Below are positions 1 through 10,139 of a stretch of DNA of 64,000 nt, piece after piece. The notes under the pieces were generated by a model that saw nothing but the letters and a program-made list of their open reading frames with translations, was not told the DNA's origin and searched no databases. Both the position numbers and the translations under genes were made by a program. The stretch covers positions 21,235 through 85,234 of the forward strand of contig DAOTVY010000064.1 in the NCBI GenBank assembly GCA_034436115.1. The letters are read 5' to 3'. This stretch comes from Chloroflexia bacterium (GTDB taxonomy: Bacteria > Chloroflexota > Chloroflexia > DTKN01). Every line of letters begins with the position of its first letter. Position 1 is the stretch's first letter.

Positions 1-947
1 GAGGGGTTGCCCGGACGCAGGTGGCGCTCCTGCTGGCCTGGGCGATCGGGGCGCTGCTCCTGTTGGGCGCGGTATGGGTGCTCGCCGGGGCAGCCGGAGC
101 CAGAAGCGAGCTTCCGTTCCTGGTGCTGGGAGGAGTAGGGGCTGCGGCTGTGGGGGTCCTGGGCTCGGTCCTCTCGTTCCAGAAAGCATACGGCCAGTGG
201 GGATGGCTCTACCTGCCGCTCGGGCTGGTGGCCGGGCTGGCGATCGCACGCACGATCCTGTTGGGCCGGGCGGCGCTGCGTAGCGCCGTACTCCTCCCGT
301 TCGCTATCCTTTGCGCGTGCAGCGTCTCGAGCGCCTGGAGGCTGACCTATATTCTCAACGACACGCCGGTGGAGATGCTGGTCTATGTGCAGAGCTCTTC
401 GGACGTGCAATGGGTCATGGAGGAGTTGCGCGCACTCTCCACTTTGACCACCGGCGGGACCGAGATGCCCTTTCTCTACGATAGCGAGGTCGCCTGGCCC
501 CTGGAATGGTACTTCCGCAACTATACCCAAAAATGGTACAAGCCGACGATCGCTCCTCCCTTCGAGCGGCCCGTGGAGGAAGCCGGGATGGCGCTGGTCT
601 ACCGCTCCTATGGGGAATCCGAGGACAGCGCCAAGGCGTATCTGGAGGGCAAGTTCTACGCGTTCCGCTATTACGCCTTCAACTGGTGGTTCCCCGAGGA
701 GGTGATGCGCAGCCCGCGGGCCTTTGTGCGGTGGGCTGCTCCCCAGCTCCTCCCGGCGCAACAGGAAGCCACTTGGTGGGACGTCCTGCGCGCCCTGGGC
801 ACGGCTTCCGGCCAGATGAAGGTTTGGCGCTACTACCTGTTCCGTGAACCGCCGGCCCCGCTCGGCGCGCGCGAGTTCGCCGTCTATGTGCGCAGGGACC
901 TCTTGGCCCCGCTCGAGTGGGTAAGCGATGCCTTGCCCCGGCGGTAG
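1..947 (+). CDS. 5'-truncated C-terminal part of a TIGR03663/GT39-like (PMT/ArnT-type) membrane glycosyltransferase, tandem paralog of the next gene
   Basis: The reading frame is open to base 1. Multiple hydrophobic helices. The segment YILNDTPVEMLVYVQSSSDVQWV...WPLEWYFRNY parallels YHGDTPVEMLVYTQTAPDVPWV...WPFNWYLREF in the middle of the downstream 1068-aa protein. Confidence 0.5.
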   Translation, partial: GVARTQVALLLAWAIGALLLLGAVWVLAGAAGARSELPFLVLGGVGAAAVGVLGSVLSFQKAYGQWGWLYLPLGLVAGLAIARTILLGRAALRSAVLLPFAILCACSVSSAWRLTYILNDTPVEMLVYVQSSSDVQWVMEELRALSTLTTGGTEMPFLYDSEVAWPLEWYFRNYTQKWYKPTIAPPFERPVEEAGMALVYRSYGESEDSAKAYLEGKFYAFRYYAFNWWFPEEVMRSPRAFVRWAAPQLLPAQQEATWWDVLRALGTASGQMKVWRYYLFREPPAPLGAREFAVYVRRDLLAPLEWVSDALPRR

Positions 948-977
948 CCGGGCCGATGAGCCAGACCGGGGGTATGC

Positions 978-3900
978 ATGAGTCACGGCCACGGTTCTTC
1001 CACCCCTGAACAGGAGCACTGGTTGAATCGCAGGATCGACTTGACGCGGGTGGACCCGCAGATCGTCCTTTTCCTCCTGTTCATAGCCCTTGCCGCCGTG
1101 CTGCGGTTCTCCCACCTTGGGGTGCGCGCGATGCACCACGACGAGGCGATCCACGCCTGGTATTCCTGGCGATTCTACACGGGGCAGGAGTTGTACCGCT
1201 ACAACCCCATTTTCCATGGGCCTTTCCTGTACCATATCACCGCCTTCTTCTACTTCCTGTTCGGGGTGAGCGATGCGATCGCCCGGGCGCCGGAGGCGCT
1301 CTTCGGCGTGCTCCTGGTCGCGCTCTGTTATCCCTTGCGGCGGTACCTGGGCCGGTATGGGTGGTTGATCGCCGCCGGGCTGCTCGCGATCTCTCCCTCG
1401 TTCGTCTATTTTTCCCGCTTTGCCCGACACGATGCCTTTGCCGCGACGTTTACCCTGGCGGCGACGATCTCGCTCTTTCGCTACCTGGAGGAGCGTCGGC
1501 CGCGCGACCTCCTCTGGGCCGCCGGCGCGCTGGCCCTTTCCTTCACCGCAACGGAGGTCACCTTCATCAGCACTTTCATCCTGCTCGTTTTCCTGGGCCT
1601 GGTGTACCTGTTGGATCGGCAGGGAGAGCGCCTGCGTACGGAGGGCCGGATCGTTGCGATCGTGCTCCTGGTTGCAGCGTGGCTGTGGGAGCTCCGTCTG
1701 GTCGCTGCCGGGGAGGGTGCTCCGGCGACGCACGTGGCGTTGGTGACGCTGGCCCTGCTCGCGCTGGCCTACGTGGGCCCCTCGTCGCTTTGCGCCCGCC
1801 TGTTTCCCCGTGGCACTTCCCCGGTGCGGAAAGCCGTGGAGGCCCTTGCCGCGCAGCCGCGGGTGCTCTTGTCCGCTGTGGGGGTCTTCTTGCTGCTCTT
1901 TGGGCTCTTCTTTACCACCTTCCTGACGTATCCCCGGGGCTTTGTGGACGGACTGGTGCAGGGGCTGCAGCACTGGACGGCACAACAGAATGTCCGCCGG
2001 GGCGACCAGCCCTGGTTCTACTACCTGCTCTTGCTGGCACTCTATGAGCCAGTGACGCTCACTGCCGGCGTGGCCGGCGCAGCGCTCGTCCTCTCCCGCG
2101 TGCGCCGCTGGCGGGCAGAGGCCGGCGCGGTTTCGGAAAACCTGCTCTTTCCCGTGTTCCTGGTCCATTGGGCGCTCTTCGCCCTGGTGCTCTTTTCCTG
2201 GGCGGGCGAGAAGATGCCCTGGCTCGTCCTGCACGTCGCTCTCCCGCTTGTATTCCTCGCCGCGATCGCGCTCGACCGCTTCTATGCCTGGATCCTGTGG
2301 CGTCCCCTCTGGCGTAGCGGCGATTGGGTCGTCGGGCCGCTCCTGCTTTTGGTCCTGTTCGCCCTGCGTGGGATGGGAAACGCGTTGTCCAGGATGCAGC
2401 CCGGCGGCACAGGAAGCCTGGAGGATCAGTACCTGATGCTGCAGGCCGTGGTTCTCGGGTTGATCCTGGTCGGTTTGATCGTCGCGCTCACCTGGCGGGT
2501 GTACCGTGTCGAAGGCCGGCACTTGGGGCAATCCCTGGCGTTGGTGGGCTTGGCGTTGCTGGCGATGTACACGGTGCGCAGTACCTTCCTCGCGAACTAC
2601 TACCACGGAGATACCCCGGTGGAGATGCTCGTTTACACCCAGACGGCGCCCGATGTGCCCTGGGTGGTGCGGCAGATCGAGCGGATCTCCATCGACCAGA
2701 CGCGTAAAGTGCGCACGGAGCAAGATCCCACAGGCGGGCACGGCTTACGCATCGCCATCGATACCTCACAGGGGCTGGAATGGCCGTTCAATTGGTACCT
2801 GCGCGAGTTTCCCCTGCTCTATTTTGATGGAGCCTTCAATCCACCTCCGGATGCCGACATCGTGCTGGTGTTGGCCGATCACGAGCCTGCGCTGCGCCCC
2901 TACCTGCAGAACGGTTACACGGGTTGGCGCCACAAGCACCGCTGGTGGTTCCCGGAGTACGAGACCTACAAGCGCTGGCGCCTCTGGGCGGCCGGGGTAA
3001 CGGAACTCGGCTATCCGACCGAGCCCTGGCTGCGGCTGCGCACCTACACCCCGGAAGGGTTGAGCCATTTGTGGCAGTACCTGACCAAACGGAAGCTCCC
3101 CTACGCCCTGGCGAGCCAGGACTTTTACCTGTATGTGCGCAACGAACTCCTGCCCGGCGCGAAGGCCGCGGTGGCCCCCGATCCTTACCTGGAAAAGCTG
3201 GGCCGGCGTCCCGCGATCGCCTTCTTCGGGAGCGCCGGAAGCGGGCTAGGGCAACTCGCCTTCCCGCGCGGGGTCGCGGTGGATGAGGCCGCAAACTTGT
3301 ATATAGCCGACAGCGGCAACCACCGCATCGTGCGCTTCGATGCCCAGGGGCAGCCCAGCGCCTGGGGGAGCCTATGTGTCCTGGAGACGGGAGCCGGCTG
3401 CATCGACCCGGACGGGGCCGGACCGCTTCCCCTGGGAGCGGGCCAGTTCAACGAACCGTGGGGCGTTGCGGTCGATCCCCAAGGGCGGGTGTACGTCGCC
3501 GACACCTGGAACCACCGGATCCAGGTGCTGGATGCGGAAGGAAATTTCCTGGGGGCGTGGGGCGAGGGCCGGCTCATCGATGTCGGGGCCGACGCTGCTC
3601 TCCGTGAGGCCCGACCCTTCGGCTTCTACGGGCCGCGTGGGGTCGCGGTGGATCCGCAAGGGAACGTGTACGTCACCGATACCGGCAACGAGCGCGTGCT
3701 CGTCTACCGGGTGTACAGCGATGCTGGCGGGGGCGTCCAGGCCGAGTACGCCTACCAGTGGGGAGAGACCGGCTCGGCCCCCGGGCAGTTCCTGGAACCG
3801 GTGGGAATCGCCATCGACGCGTCGGGGCGGGTGTACGTAGCGGACACCTGGAACTTGCGGGTGCAGGTCTTTGCCCCGGGCCCCGACGGAAGAGTCTCGC

Positions 3901-4184
3901 CCATCCCGGTGGCTTCCATCCCCGTCACCGGCTGGGAAAGCGACTCCCGAGAGAACAAGCCCTACATCGCCGTGGACCCGGCAGGGCAGATCTACTTTAC
4001 CGTGCCAGAACGGAACTATGTGGCGATGGTCCGCCTGACCGGGGAGGTGCTGTCTGTGTGGGGAGGGTATGGGGTGGACCTGGCCTCGTTCCACCTGCCC
4101 ACCGGGATCGCGGTGGATGCGCGGGGCCAGGTGTACGTGAGCGACGCCGGGAACGGACGCATTCTCCTATTCCGCCTGCCGTAA
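978..4184 (+). CDS. Membrane glycosyltransferase (GT39/ArnT/PMT-like, TIGR03663-type N-terminal domain with DEAIHAWYSWRF motif) fused to a C-terminal NHL-repeat beta-propeller
   Basis: About 12 TM helices in the first ~600 aa. The C-terminus carries at least 5 NHL-type repeats (YIADSGNHRIVRFD, YVADTWNHRIQVLD, YVTDTGNERVLVYR, YVADTWNLRVQVF, YVSDAGNGRILLFR). Confidence 0.7.
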   Translation: MSHGHGSSTPEQEHWLNRRIDLTRVDPQIVLFLLFIALAAVLRFSHLGVRAMHHDEAIHAWYSWRFYTGQELYRYNPIFHGPFLYHITAFFYFLFGVSDAIARAPEALFGVLLVALCYPLRRYLGRYGWLIAAGLLAISPSFVYFSRFARHDAFAATFTLAATISLFRYLEERRPRDLLWAAGALALSFTATEVTFISTFILLVFLGLVYLLDRQGERLRTEGRIVAIVLLVAAWLWELRLVAAGEGAPATHVALVTLALLALAYVGPSSLCARLFPRGTSPVRKAVEALAAQPRVLLSAVGVFLLLFGLFFTTFLTYPRGFVDGLVQGLQHWTAQQNVRRGDQPWFYYLLLLALYEPVTLTAGVAGAALVLSRVRRWRAEAGAVSENLLFPVFLVHWALFALVLFSWAGEKMPWLVLHVALPLVFLAAIALDRFYAWILWRPLWRSGDWVVGPLLLLVLFALRGMGNALSRMQPGGTGSLEDQYLMLQAVVLGLILVGLIVALTWRVYRVEGRHLGQSLALVGLALLAMYTVRSTFLANYYHGDTPVEMLVYTQTAPDVPWVVRQIERISIDQTRKVRTEQDPTGGHGLRIAIDTSQGLEWPFNWYLREFPLLYFDGAFNPPPDADIVLVLADHEPALRPYLQNGYTGWRHKHRWWFPEYETYKRWRLWAAGVTELGYPTEPWLRLRTYTPEGLSHLWQYLTKRKLPYALASQDFYLYVRNELLPGAKAAVAPDPYLEKLGRRPAIAFFGSAGSGLGQLAFPRGVAVDEAANLYIADSGNHRIVRFDAQGQPSAWGSLCVLETGAGCIDPDGAGPLPLGAGQFNEPWGVAVDPQGRVYVADTWNHRIQVLDAEGNFLGAWGEGRLIDVGADAALREARPFGFYGPRGVAVDPQGNVYVTDTGNERVLVYRVYSDAGGGVQAEYAYQWGETGSAPGQFLEPVGIAIDASGRVYVADTWNLRVQVFAPGPDGRVSPIPVASIPVTGWESDSRENKPYIAVDPAGQIYFTVPERNYVAMVRLTGEVLSVWGGYGVDLASFHLPTGIAVDARGQVYVSDAGNGRILLFRLP

Positions 4185-5450
4185 AGGACGCAGGATCGCG
4201 TCGCTGATGCGTACAGCGCGCACCGCGGCCTGCACGTCGTGCACCCGGACAATGTCGGCGCCTCCGGCGACCCCCAGCGCGAGCGTGGCGAGCGTCCCTT
4301 CGAGCCGCTCTTGAGGAGGGAGGTTCAGCGTGAGACCGATGAACGACTTGCGCGATGTGCCCAGGAGGATCGGCCGGCCCAGGCTGCGCAACTCGTTCAA
4401 GCGACGCATCACCTCCAGGTTCTGTTCCGGGGTCTTGCCAAAGCCGATCCCGGGGTCGACGATGATCGACTCCCACGGGATGCCCTGAGCGACGGCGAAG
4501 GCGATGCTTTCCTCCAGGTCCGCAAAGATCTCGCCCATCAGGTCCCGATAGCGCACCTCGCGGTAGTGCCCGCCCAGCTCGCCCACGGTGGCCTGGGCGC
4601 GTCGGTTGTGCATGAGGATGATCGGCACCCCGGCGTCACGTACCACCGCGGCCAGCGCTTCGTTCCAGCCCTCTCCCTCCGGATCGCGTAGGCCCCAGAT
4701 GTCGTTGACCATATGGGCACCCGCCTGTAAGGCGGCCCGGGCTACCTCCGCCTTGTAGGTGTCGATGGAGATGGGGAGCGGGATCTCGCCGCGCAGGCGT
4801 TCGATCACCGGGACCACCCGCGCCATCTCTTCCTCCACAGGCACCCTGGGGGCCCCGGGGCGGGTCGATTCACCTCCCACGTCCAGGAGATCGGCCCCTT
4901 CTTCGGCAAAGCGTTGTGCCTGAGCCAGGGCGGCCTCCACTGGGGAGCTGCCGGCGCGCAGCAAGCCGTCGCCGGAGAACGAATCCGGCGTGAGGTTCAG
5001 GATGCCCATGACGAAGGTGCGTGTGCCCCAGCGGAAAGCGCGGCCGGCGATTTCCATCTCGCCCAGCGTCTCACCTTCGTAGCGACGGAGCAGCCTCTCG
5101 AGTTCCGTGGCCAGGGGGGCGAGCCCGAGGGAGCGAGGCTGAACCCGCAGTTTGGCGATCAAGGCGTGGAAGTGTCGTAGCGTCCCCAGGAGGAGGACAT
5201 CGCTGGTGGCCCCTGCCTCTGCGCGATAGGAAGTCCAGTTCAGCGCTGCTTCCCCCCCTTTGGAGAGCATCTCCTGCTTGATGATGTTCGCCTGAAAGGC
5301 GGGGACGCCCTGGATCTCGATGGCCCGGAAGACGCCTTTGGGCTGCATGATCGCCATCCCTTTGGCAGACACCCCGATGCGCGCCATTTCGCGGCGCAGA
5401 TCCTCGGGTGCATTCAAGCTGATGACACGTGCGTGGTACGATAGGGACAT
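4167..5450 (-). CDS. folP: Dihydropteroate synthase with ~140-aa N-terminal extension domain
   Basis: Classic DHPS motif GILNLTPDSFSGDG and a pterin-binding TIM-barrel C-terminal region. The 427-aa length exceeds a typical ~280-aa DHPS. Confidence 0.85.
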   Translation of the reverse strand: MSLSYHARVISLNAPEDLRREMARIGVSAKGMAIMQPKGVFRAIEIQGVPAFQANIIKQEMLSKGGEAALNWTSYRAEAGATSDVLLLGTLRHFHALIAKLRVQPRSLGLAPLATELERLLRRYEGETLGEMEIAGRAFRWGTRTFVMGILNLTPDSFSGDGLLRAGSSPVEAALAQAQRFAEEGADLLDVGGESTRPGAPRVPVEEEMARVVPVIERLRGEIPLPISIDTYKAEVARAALQAGAHMVNDIWGLRDPEGEGWNEALAAVVRDAGVPIILMHNRRAQATVGELGGHYREVRYRDLMGEIFADLEESIAFAVAQGIPWESIIVDPGIGFGKTPEQNLEVMRRLNELRSLGRPILLGTSRKSFIGLTLNLPPQERLEGTLATLALGVAGGADIVRVHDVQAAVRAVRISDAILRPLRQAE

Positions 5451-5499
5451 TCGGTTCCCTCCTCAGGGGGATGTTCTCTCCCGTGGCTGCGGGGCCGGT

Positions 5500-6849
5500 T
5501 CACGGTTCCTCCTTTTCGCGGGCCCGGAAGACGAGTTTCAGGGGCACTCCGGTAAAACCGAACACCTGGCGGATGCGGTTTTCCAGGTAGCGATGGTAGG
5601 AGAAATGGAGCCAATCTGGGTTGTTCAGGAAAAAGACGAAAGTCGGCGGCGCAACCGCTGCCTGGGTCGCGTAGTAGATCCGTACCTGGCGGCCTCGCAC
5701 CTTCGAGGGAGGCGCATGCGCCTCCACGGCGTCGCGCACTAGATCGTTCAGCAGCGCTGTGGGCACCCGCTTGCGGCGCTCCTGGTCGACAAAAAGCGCC
5801 GTCTCCACGGCCTTGGCCACCCGCTGCCCGGTCAGGGCAGAGACGGAAAGCACGGGGGCATAGTCCAGGAAGCGCAGGCGGGAACGCACCTCCTGGACGT
5901 AGGCGTCGTGCGTGCGGTGGTCCTTGGGGACGAGGTCCCACTTGTTCAGCAGGAGGACGATTCCCCGGTAGGCCTGAACCACATAGCCGGCGATGTGGGC
6001 ATCCTGCTCGGTCACCCCCTCGGTCGCGTCGAGCAAAAGGAGGGCCACGTCGGCGCGCTCGATCGCCCGTAGCGCCCGCATGACGCTGTAGCGTTCCACC
6101 CCGGTGCCGATCTTCCCTTTCCGACGGATGCCCGCGGTATCGATCAGCACGATCTCCCGATCCCCCCAGCGCAGGGGCGTATCCAGGGCATCGCGGGTGG
6201 TTCCGGGTATGGTGCTCACGATGGCCCGTTCCTGCCCCAGCAGGGTGTTGAGGAGCTGGGACTTGCCGACGTTCGGCCGGCCAACGATGGCGATGCGCAC
6301 CGCCTCCCCAGGCGGCCCTTCCTCTTCCGCAGGCGGGAGCAGGGGGACCAGCTCGTCCAGGAGCTCGGCGATGCCGCGGCCGTGGAGGGAGGAAATGGGG
6401 TGGGGATCGCCGAGTCCCAGGCGATAGAACTCGAACGCCTGCAGCCGCCGCTGCTCGTTATCCGCCTTGTTCGCGACCAGCAGGACAGGTTTGGTCGCCT
6501 GGCGCAAGAGCTGGGCGATCTCCTCGTCGCCGGGCGTGAGGCCGGCCTCCGCGTCCACCAGGAACAGGATCGCATCCGCCTCTTCGATGGCGAGCAACGC
6601 CTGTTCCCGCGTCCGACGGACGATCTCAGCGATCGGGAGGACCGCGATCTCCTCGTCGGAAAGGAGGAGGCCACCGGTATCCACCAGCACGAAGGAGGAA
6701 TCGCCCCAGTGGCACTCGCCGTAGAGGCGGTCGCGTGTGGTCCCGGGGAGGTCCTCGATGATCGCCTGGCGCTTGCCGAGCAGCCGGTTGAAGAGAGTCG
6801 ATTTGCCGACGTTCGGCCGGCCGACGATGGCGACAATCGGTTTGCCCAT
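5500..6849 (-). CDS. der: Ribosome biogenesis GTPase Der (EngA), tandem GTPase domains
   Basis: Two P-loops (GRPNVGKSTLFNRL and GRPNVGKSQLLNTL) and a KH-like C-terminus. Confidence 0.95.
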   Translation of the reverse strand: MGKPIVAIVGRPNVGKSTLFNRLLGKRQAIIEDLPGTTRDRLYGECHWGDSSFVLVDTGGLLLSDEEIAVLPIAEIVRRTREQALLAIEEADAILFLVDAEAGLTPGDEEIAQLLRQATKPVLLVANKADNEQRRLQAFEFYRLGLGDPHPISSLHGRGIAELLDELVPLLPPAEEEGPPGEAVRIAIVGRPNVGKSQLLNTLLGQERAIVSTIPGTTRDALDTPLRWGDREIVLIDTAGIRRKGKIGTGVERYSVMRALRAIERADVALLLLDATEGVTEQDAHIAGYVVQAYRGIVLLLNKWDLVPKDHRTHDAYVQEVRSRLRFLDYAPVLSVSALTGQRVAKAVETALFVDQERRKRVPTALLNDLVRDAVEAHAPPSKVRGRQVRIYYATQAAVAPPTFVFFLNNPDWLHFSYHRYLENRIRQVFGFTGVPLKLVFRAREKEEP

Positions 6850-7403
6850 CAGCCCCTACCCCGCGCCCTTTGTCCCAACCCGAGGCGCCGGAAAAAGCCT
6901 ACCTGGACAAGCAACCCGACCAAAAAGGCGATCGCCATCAGGTAGGTGTTCCCCGTAGCCTGGAAGATCAGGAACGAGCCGAGGACCACGGTGGCGAGGA
7001 TGATGATGTAGCGGTAGAGGAGGGCGGCCGCAACGCCGCCCGCGAGAGCAAGGGCAAAGGGCATCCAGGGCTCGCCCCACGGGCCGCCGGCGCCGGAGTC
7101 CAGCACGTAGCGCCCCATCACGTAGCCGAGCCCTGCGCCGATTAACAAGATCAGGAAGCGGTTGAGGGTGCGGAGGAAGAACCAGCCAAAGGCCGCCCCC
7201 AGGAGGGCGGCACCCAGGACGATGATCCACACCGTCGTGCGTTCCTGGATGTGGCCGAGATAGGCGGCAATGAGGCCGAGCAACGCGCCGAAGGTCCCGC
7301 CAAGCACCAGACCGACCAGCTTCAGGCTGCCCATGTACAGCGAGAAGCCGAACAGGCAGAGAAGGGCGCCCAGGACAAGCAAGAGCAACTGCGGGTGATC
7401 CAT
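6849..7403 (-). CDS. Small integral membrane protein (about 5 TM), function unknown
   Basis: The hydrophobic ORF most likely starts at MDHPQLLLLVLGALL (ATG at 7403) preceded by a GGAGGAAACA Shine-Dalgarno. The longer 296-aa ORF has a non-protein-like N-terminus. Confidence 0.55.
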   Translation of the reverse strand: MDHPQLLLLVLGALLCLFGFSLYMGSLKLVGLVLGGTFGALLGLIAAYLGHIQERTTVWIIVLGAALLGAAFGWFFLRTLNRFLILLIGAGLGYVMGRYVLDSGAGGPWGEPWMPFALALAGGVAAALLYRYIIILATVVLGSFLIFQATGNTYLMAIAFLVGLLVQVGFFRRLGLGQRARGRG

Positions 7404-7605
7404 TGTTTCCTCCGGCAAGCTTTCCCAAGGGTTAACGGCATCATACCATTGGGGAGTACCCTTGTCAAAAGCCGGCGGCAAGGGCCAGCCTGGTGAAACG
7501 CATCCCCATCTTGTGTCCGAATCTCCGGTTTGCGTTGCCCGGTGGCCTGGTGTACAATCGGGCTGCCCGTCCGGGTGTGTGAGACGGCGTTCGAAGGAGG
7601 CAGCC

Positions 7606-9186
7606 TTGCGCACATCCCGCTTTTTCTTGTTGCTCGTGGTGTTCCTGTGCGGTATGACCTCGATGGCGATCGAGATGACCGCTTCTCGCCTGATCGGGAC
7701 CTTTTTCGGAAGCCCGCTTCCGATCTGGGCGATCCTCATCGGGATGGTGATGATCTACCTCTCGCTGGGCTACACGCTGGGAGGCCGCCTGGCGGATCGA
7801 CGGCCCCACGCCTCCTTCCTCTATGGGCTGGTGGGCGTGGCCGCCGTGGCTACAGGGCTGATCCCTCCCCTGTCCCGCCCGCTGCTCGGTTGGGCGCAGG
7901 AGGGGCTAGCCAACGTCGCTGCCGGGCTTTACATCGGCGCGCTGGTGGGGGTACTGGTGCTCCTTTCCATCCCGATGGTGTTGCTGGGGTGCGTTTCGCC
8001 CTTTGCCATACGCCTGGAGATGATGGCGGTAGACCGGGCCGGGCGTACTTCGGGGTCGATCTATGCCCTCTCCACCGTGGGGAGCATCCTGGGGACTCTC
8101 TTGCCTTCCTTCGTGACGATCCCTCTTTGGGGGGTCTCGCTCACTTTCTATGCCTTCTCGCTGCTGTTGCTTCTGGTGCCGCTGATCGGGGTTCCGCGCT
8201 GGACCACGCGCCTGGTCTTCCTGTTGTTTCTGGTGGGGATCGGTGCCTTGGCCCTGCTTTTCCTATCCGGCCTCTGGCGCGGTTGGCGGGAGCCGCCTCC
8301 GGGGACGGTGTTGGTGGACGAGCGGGAGTCGGTCTACAACTACATCCAGGTGTATCGGGACGGGGACCGGATCTACCTGGCGCTGAACGAGGGGCTGGCG
8401 GTGCATTCCTACTATTCCCTGACCTACGGACGTACCGGGAACCCCTTCGACCTTCTTTCCTATGGCCCCTGGGACATCTTCCTCATCGCCCCCTATTTCG
8501 CGCCGGATGTGCCGGAGGGCGGCTTCTCCTCGATGTGCCTGATCGGTTCCGCTGCGGGCACGATCCCGAAACAATACGGCGCCGTCTACGGCGACCGGGT
8601 GCAGATCGATGGGGTGGAGTTGGATCCCGAGATCGTGGAGGTGGGCCGCAGGTATTTTCGCATGGGAGACGAGGAGGCGCGCGGGGTCCTGCGGGTCTAT
8701 GTACAGGACGGCCGCTATTTCCTGAGCACCGTTCCCCGCCGCTACGACATCGTGGCCGTCGATGCCTATCGGCAGCCTTACATCCCGTTCCACCTGACCA
8801 CCGAAGAGTTCTTCGCCCAGGTACGGGCCCACCTGAAACCCAACGGCGTGTGTGCGATCAACGTGGGGCATGTCGTCGGCGATGACCGCTTGGTCGATGC
8901 CATTGCGGCCACGATGCGCCGCGTGTTCCCCAGCGTCTATGTGATCGATCTGCCCGGGCATACGGTGACCAACAGCATCGTGGTGGCGACGGTGCGCGAG
9001 AGCTCTCTCGCAGACCTGGATCGGAACACCGCGCGCCTGGAACACCCGGTGCTGCGTCATGTGGTGGGCTACGTGCGGGGCCACACGCGGCTGTGGAGCG
9101 GGGAGGGGATTGTCTTCACGGATGACCGGGCGCCGGTGGAACACGTGGTCGACCAGATGATCCTCAACTACGTACAGGCGCGCTGA
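7606..9186 (+). CDS. Polyamine aminopropyltransferase (spermidine/spermine synthase)-like protein with N-terminal multi-TM domain
   Basis: A TTG start follows a GAAGGAGG RBS. About 7 TM helices, then a spermidine-synthase fold region (VLVDERESVYNYIQVY, MCLIGSAAGTIPKQY, VDAY). Confidence 0.7.
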   Translation: MRTSRFFLLLVVFLCGMTSMAIEMTASRLIGTFFGSPLPIWAILIGMVMIYLSLGYTLGGRLADRRPHASFLYGLVGVAAVATGLIPPLSRPLLGWAQEGLANVAAGLYIGALVGVLVLLSIPMVLLGCVSPFAIRLEMMAVDRAGRTSGSIYALSTVGSILGTLLPSFVTIPLWGVSLTFYAFSLLLLLVPLIGVPRWTTRLVFLLFLVGIGALALLFLSGLWRGWREPPPGTVLVDERESVYNYIQVYRDGDRIYLALNEGLAVHSYYSLTYGRTGNPFDLLSYGPWDIFLIAPYFAPDVPEGGFSSMCLIGSAAGTIPKQYGAVYGDRVQIDGVELDPEIVEVGRRYFRMGDEEARGVLRVYVQDGRYFLSTVPRRYDIVAVDAYRQPYIPFHLTTEEFFAQVRAHLKPNGVCAINVGHVVGDDRLVDAIAATMRRVFPSVYVIDLPGHTVTNSIVVATVRESSLADLDRNTARLEHPVLRHVVGYVRGHTRLWSGEGIVFTDDRAPVEHVVDQMILNYVQAR

Positions 9187-10139
9187 TGGCTGGCCTTCTG
9201 GACATTTTTCTCCGCGTGCTCTTGCCGCTCACCATCGTGTGGGGCGCGGGGTTTCTCGCGCGACGGCTCTTCCAGCTCGACCCCCGGCCGTTTTCGCGGG
9301 TGGCGTTCTACTTCCTGGCTCCATCGATTGTCTTTGTGTCGCTCATGGAAACCCAAGTGACGGCGGACGAGGCCGGCCGGATCTTCCTGGCTGTGCTCCT
9401 CCTCTTTGCCGTGCTGGCCGTCCTCTCCTCAGGGGTCGGGTGCCTCTTGCGGCTGCCGCCGCCGGAGCAGAGCGGGTTTGTGCTTTCGTCGGTGCTGATC
9501 AACTCGACCAACTACGGTTTTCCGGTGGTCTTGCTCGCCTTTGGCTCCGCAGGGCTCGAGCGGGCAGTCGTCTTTGGTATCGGCGCGGCGCTCCTGGCCA
9601 ACTCGTTGGGGGTGTATGTGGCGGCCCGTGGCCGTGCTGGGGGCACGAAGGAGGCTTTGAGGCAGGTGCTGCAGGTGCCGATGGTGTACGGAGTACTGCT
9701 TGCCCTGGTTCTGCGACTCTTGGGGCTGCGAGGGGGCGACACGATGGTGCTGGGAGGCCAGGAGATCGCCTGGCTGACCGGTCCCTACCGGGGGGTAAAG
9801 CTGCTCTCGCAGGCAGCCATTCCCCTTTTTTCCCTGGTGTTGGGCATGCAGCTCGCCGGGGACCAGCGTGCGGGCTTTTCCTGGCCGATGCTGCTTGCGG
9901 GGGCAATACGCCTGGCGCTGTCTCCCCTGGTTGCCTGGGGGCTGGTGCGGATGTTTGGCTTGAGCGGCCTGGCCGCCCAGGTGACCATCCTCGAAGCCGC
10001 GATGCCCACGGCGGTCATGTCGGTGATCCTCTCTACCGAGTTCGACGCAGCCCCGCGCTTCGTTTCCACGACCGTCGTCGGAACCACGCTGGCCAGCCTG
10101 GGGACGCTGACCGTCCTCCTGCATCTGCTGGGCGCATGA
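9186..10139 (+). CDS. AEC family (auxin efflux carrier-like) transporter
   Basis: A 10-TM hydrophobic profile and an N-terminus MAGLLDIFLRVLLPL typical of AEC/malate-permease family proteins. Confidence 0.8.
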   Translation: MAGLLDIFLRVLLPLTIVWGAGFLARRLFQLDPRPFSRVAFYFLAPSIVFVSLMETQVTADEAGRIFLAVLLLFAVLAVLSSGVGCLLRLPPPEQSGFVLSSVLINSTNYGFPVVLLAFGSAGLERAVVFGIGAALLANSLGVYVAARGRAGGTKEALRQVLQVPMVYGVLLALVLRLLGLRGGDTMVLGGQEIAWLTGPYRGVKLLSQAAIPLFSLVLGMQLAGDQRAGFSWPMLLAGAIRLALSPLVAWGLVRMFGLSGLAAQVTILEAAMPTAVMSVILSTEFDAAPRFVSTTVVGTTLASLGTLTVLLHLLGA

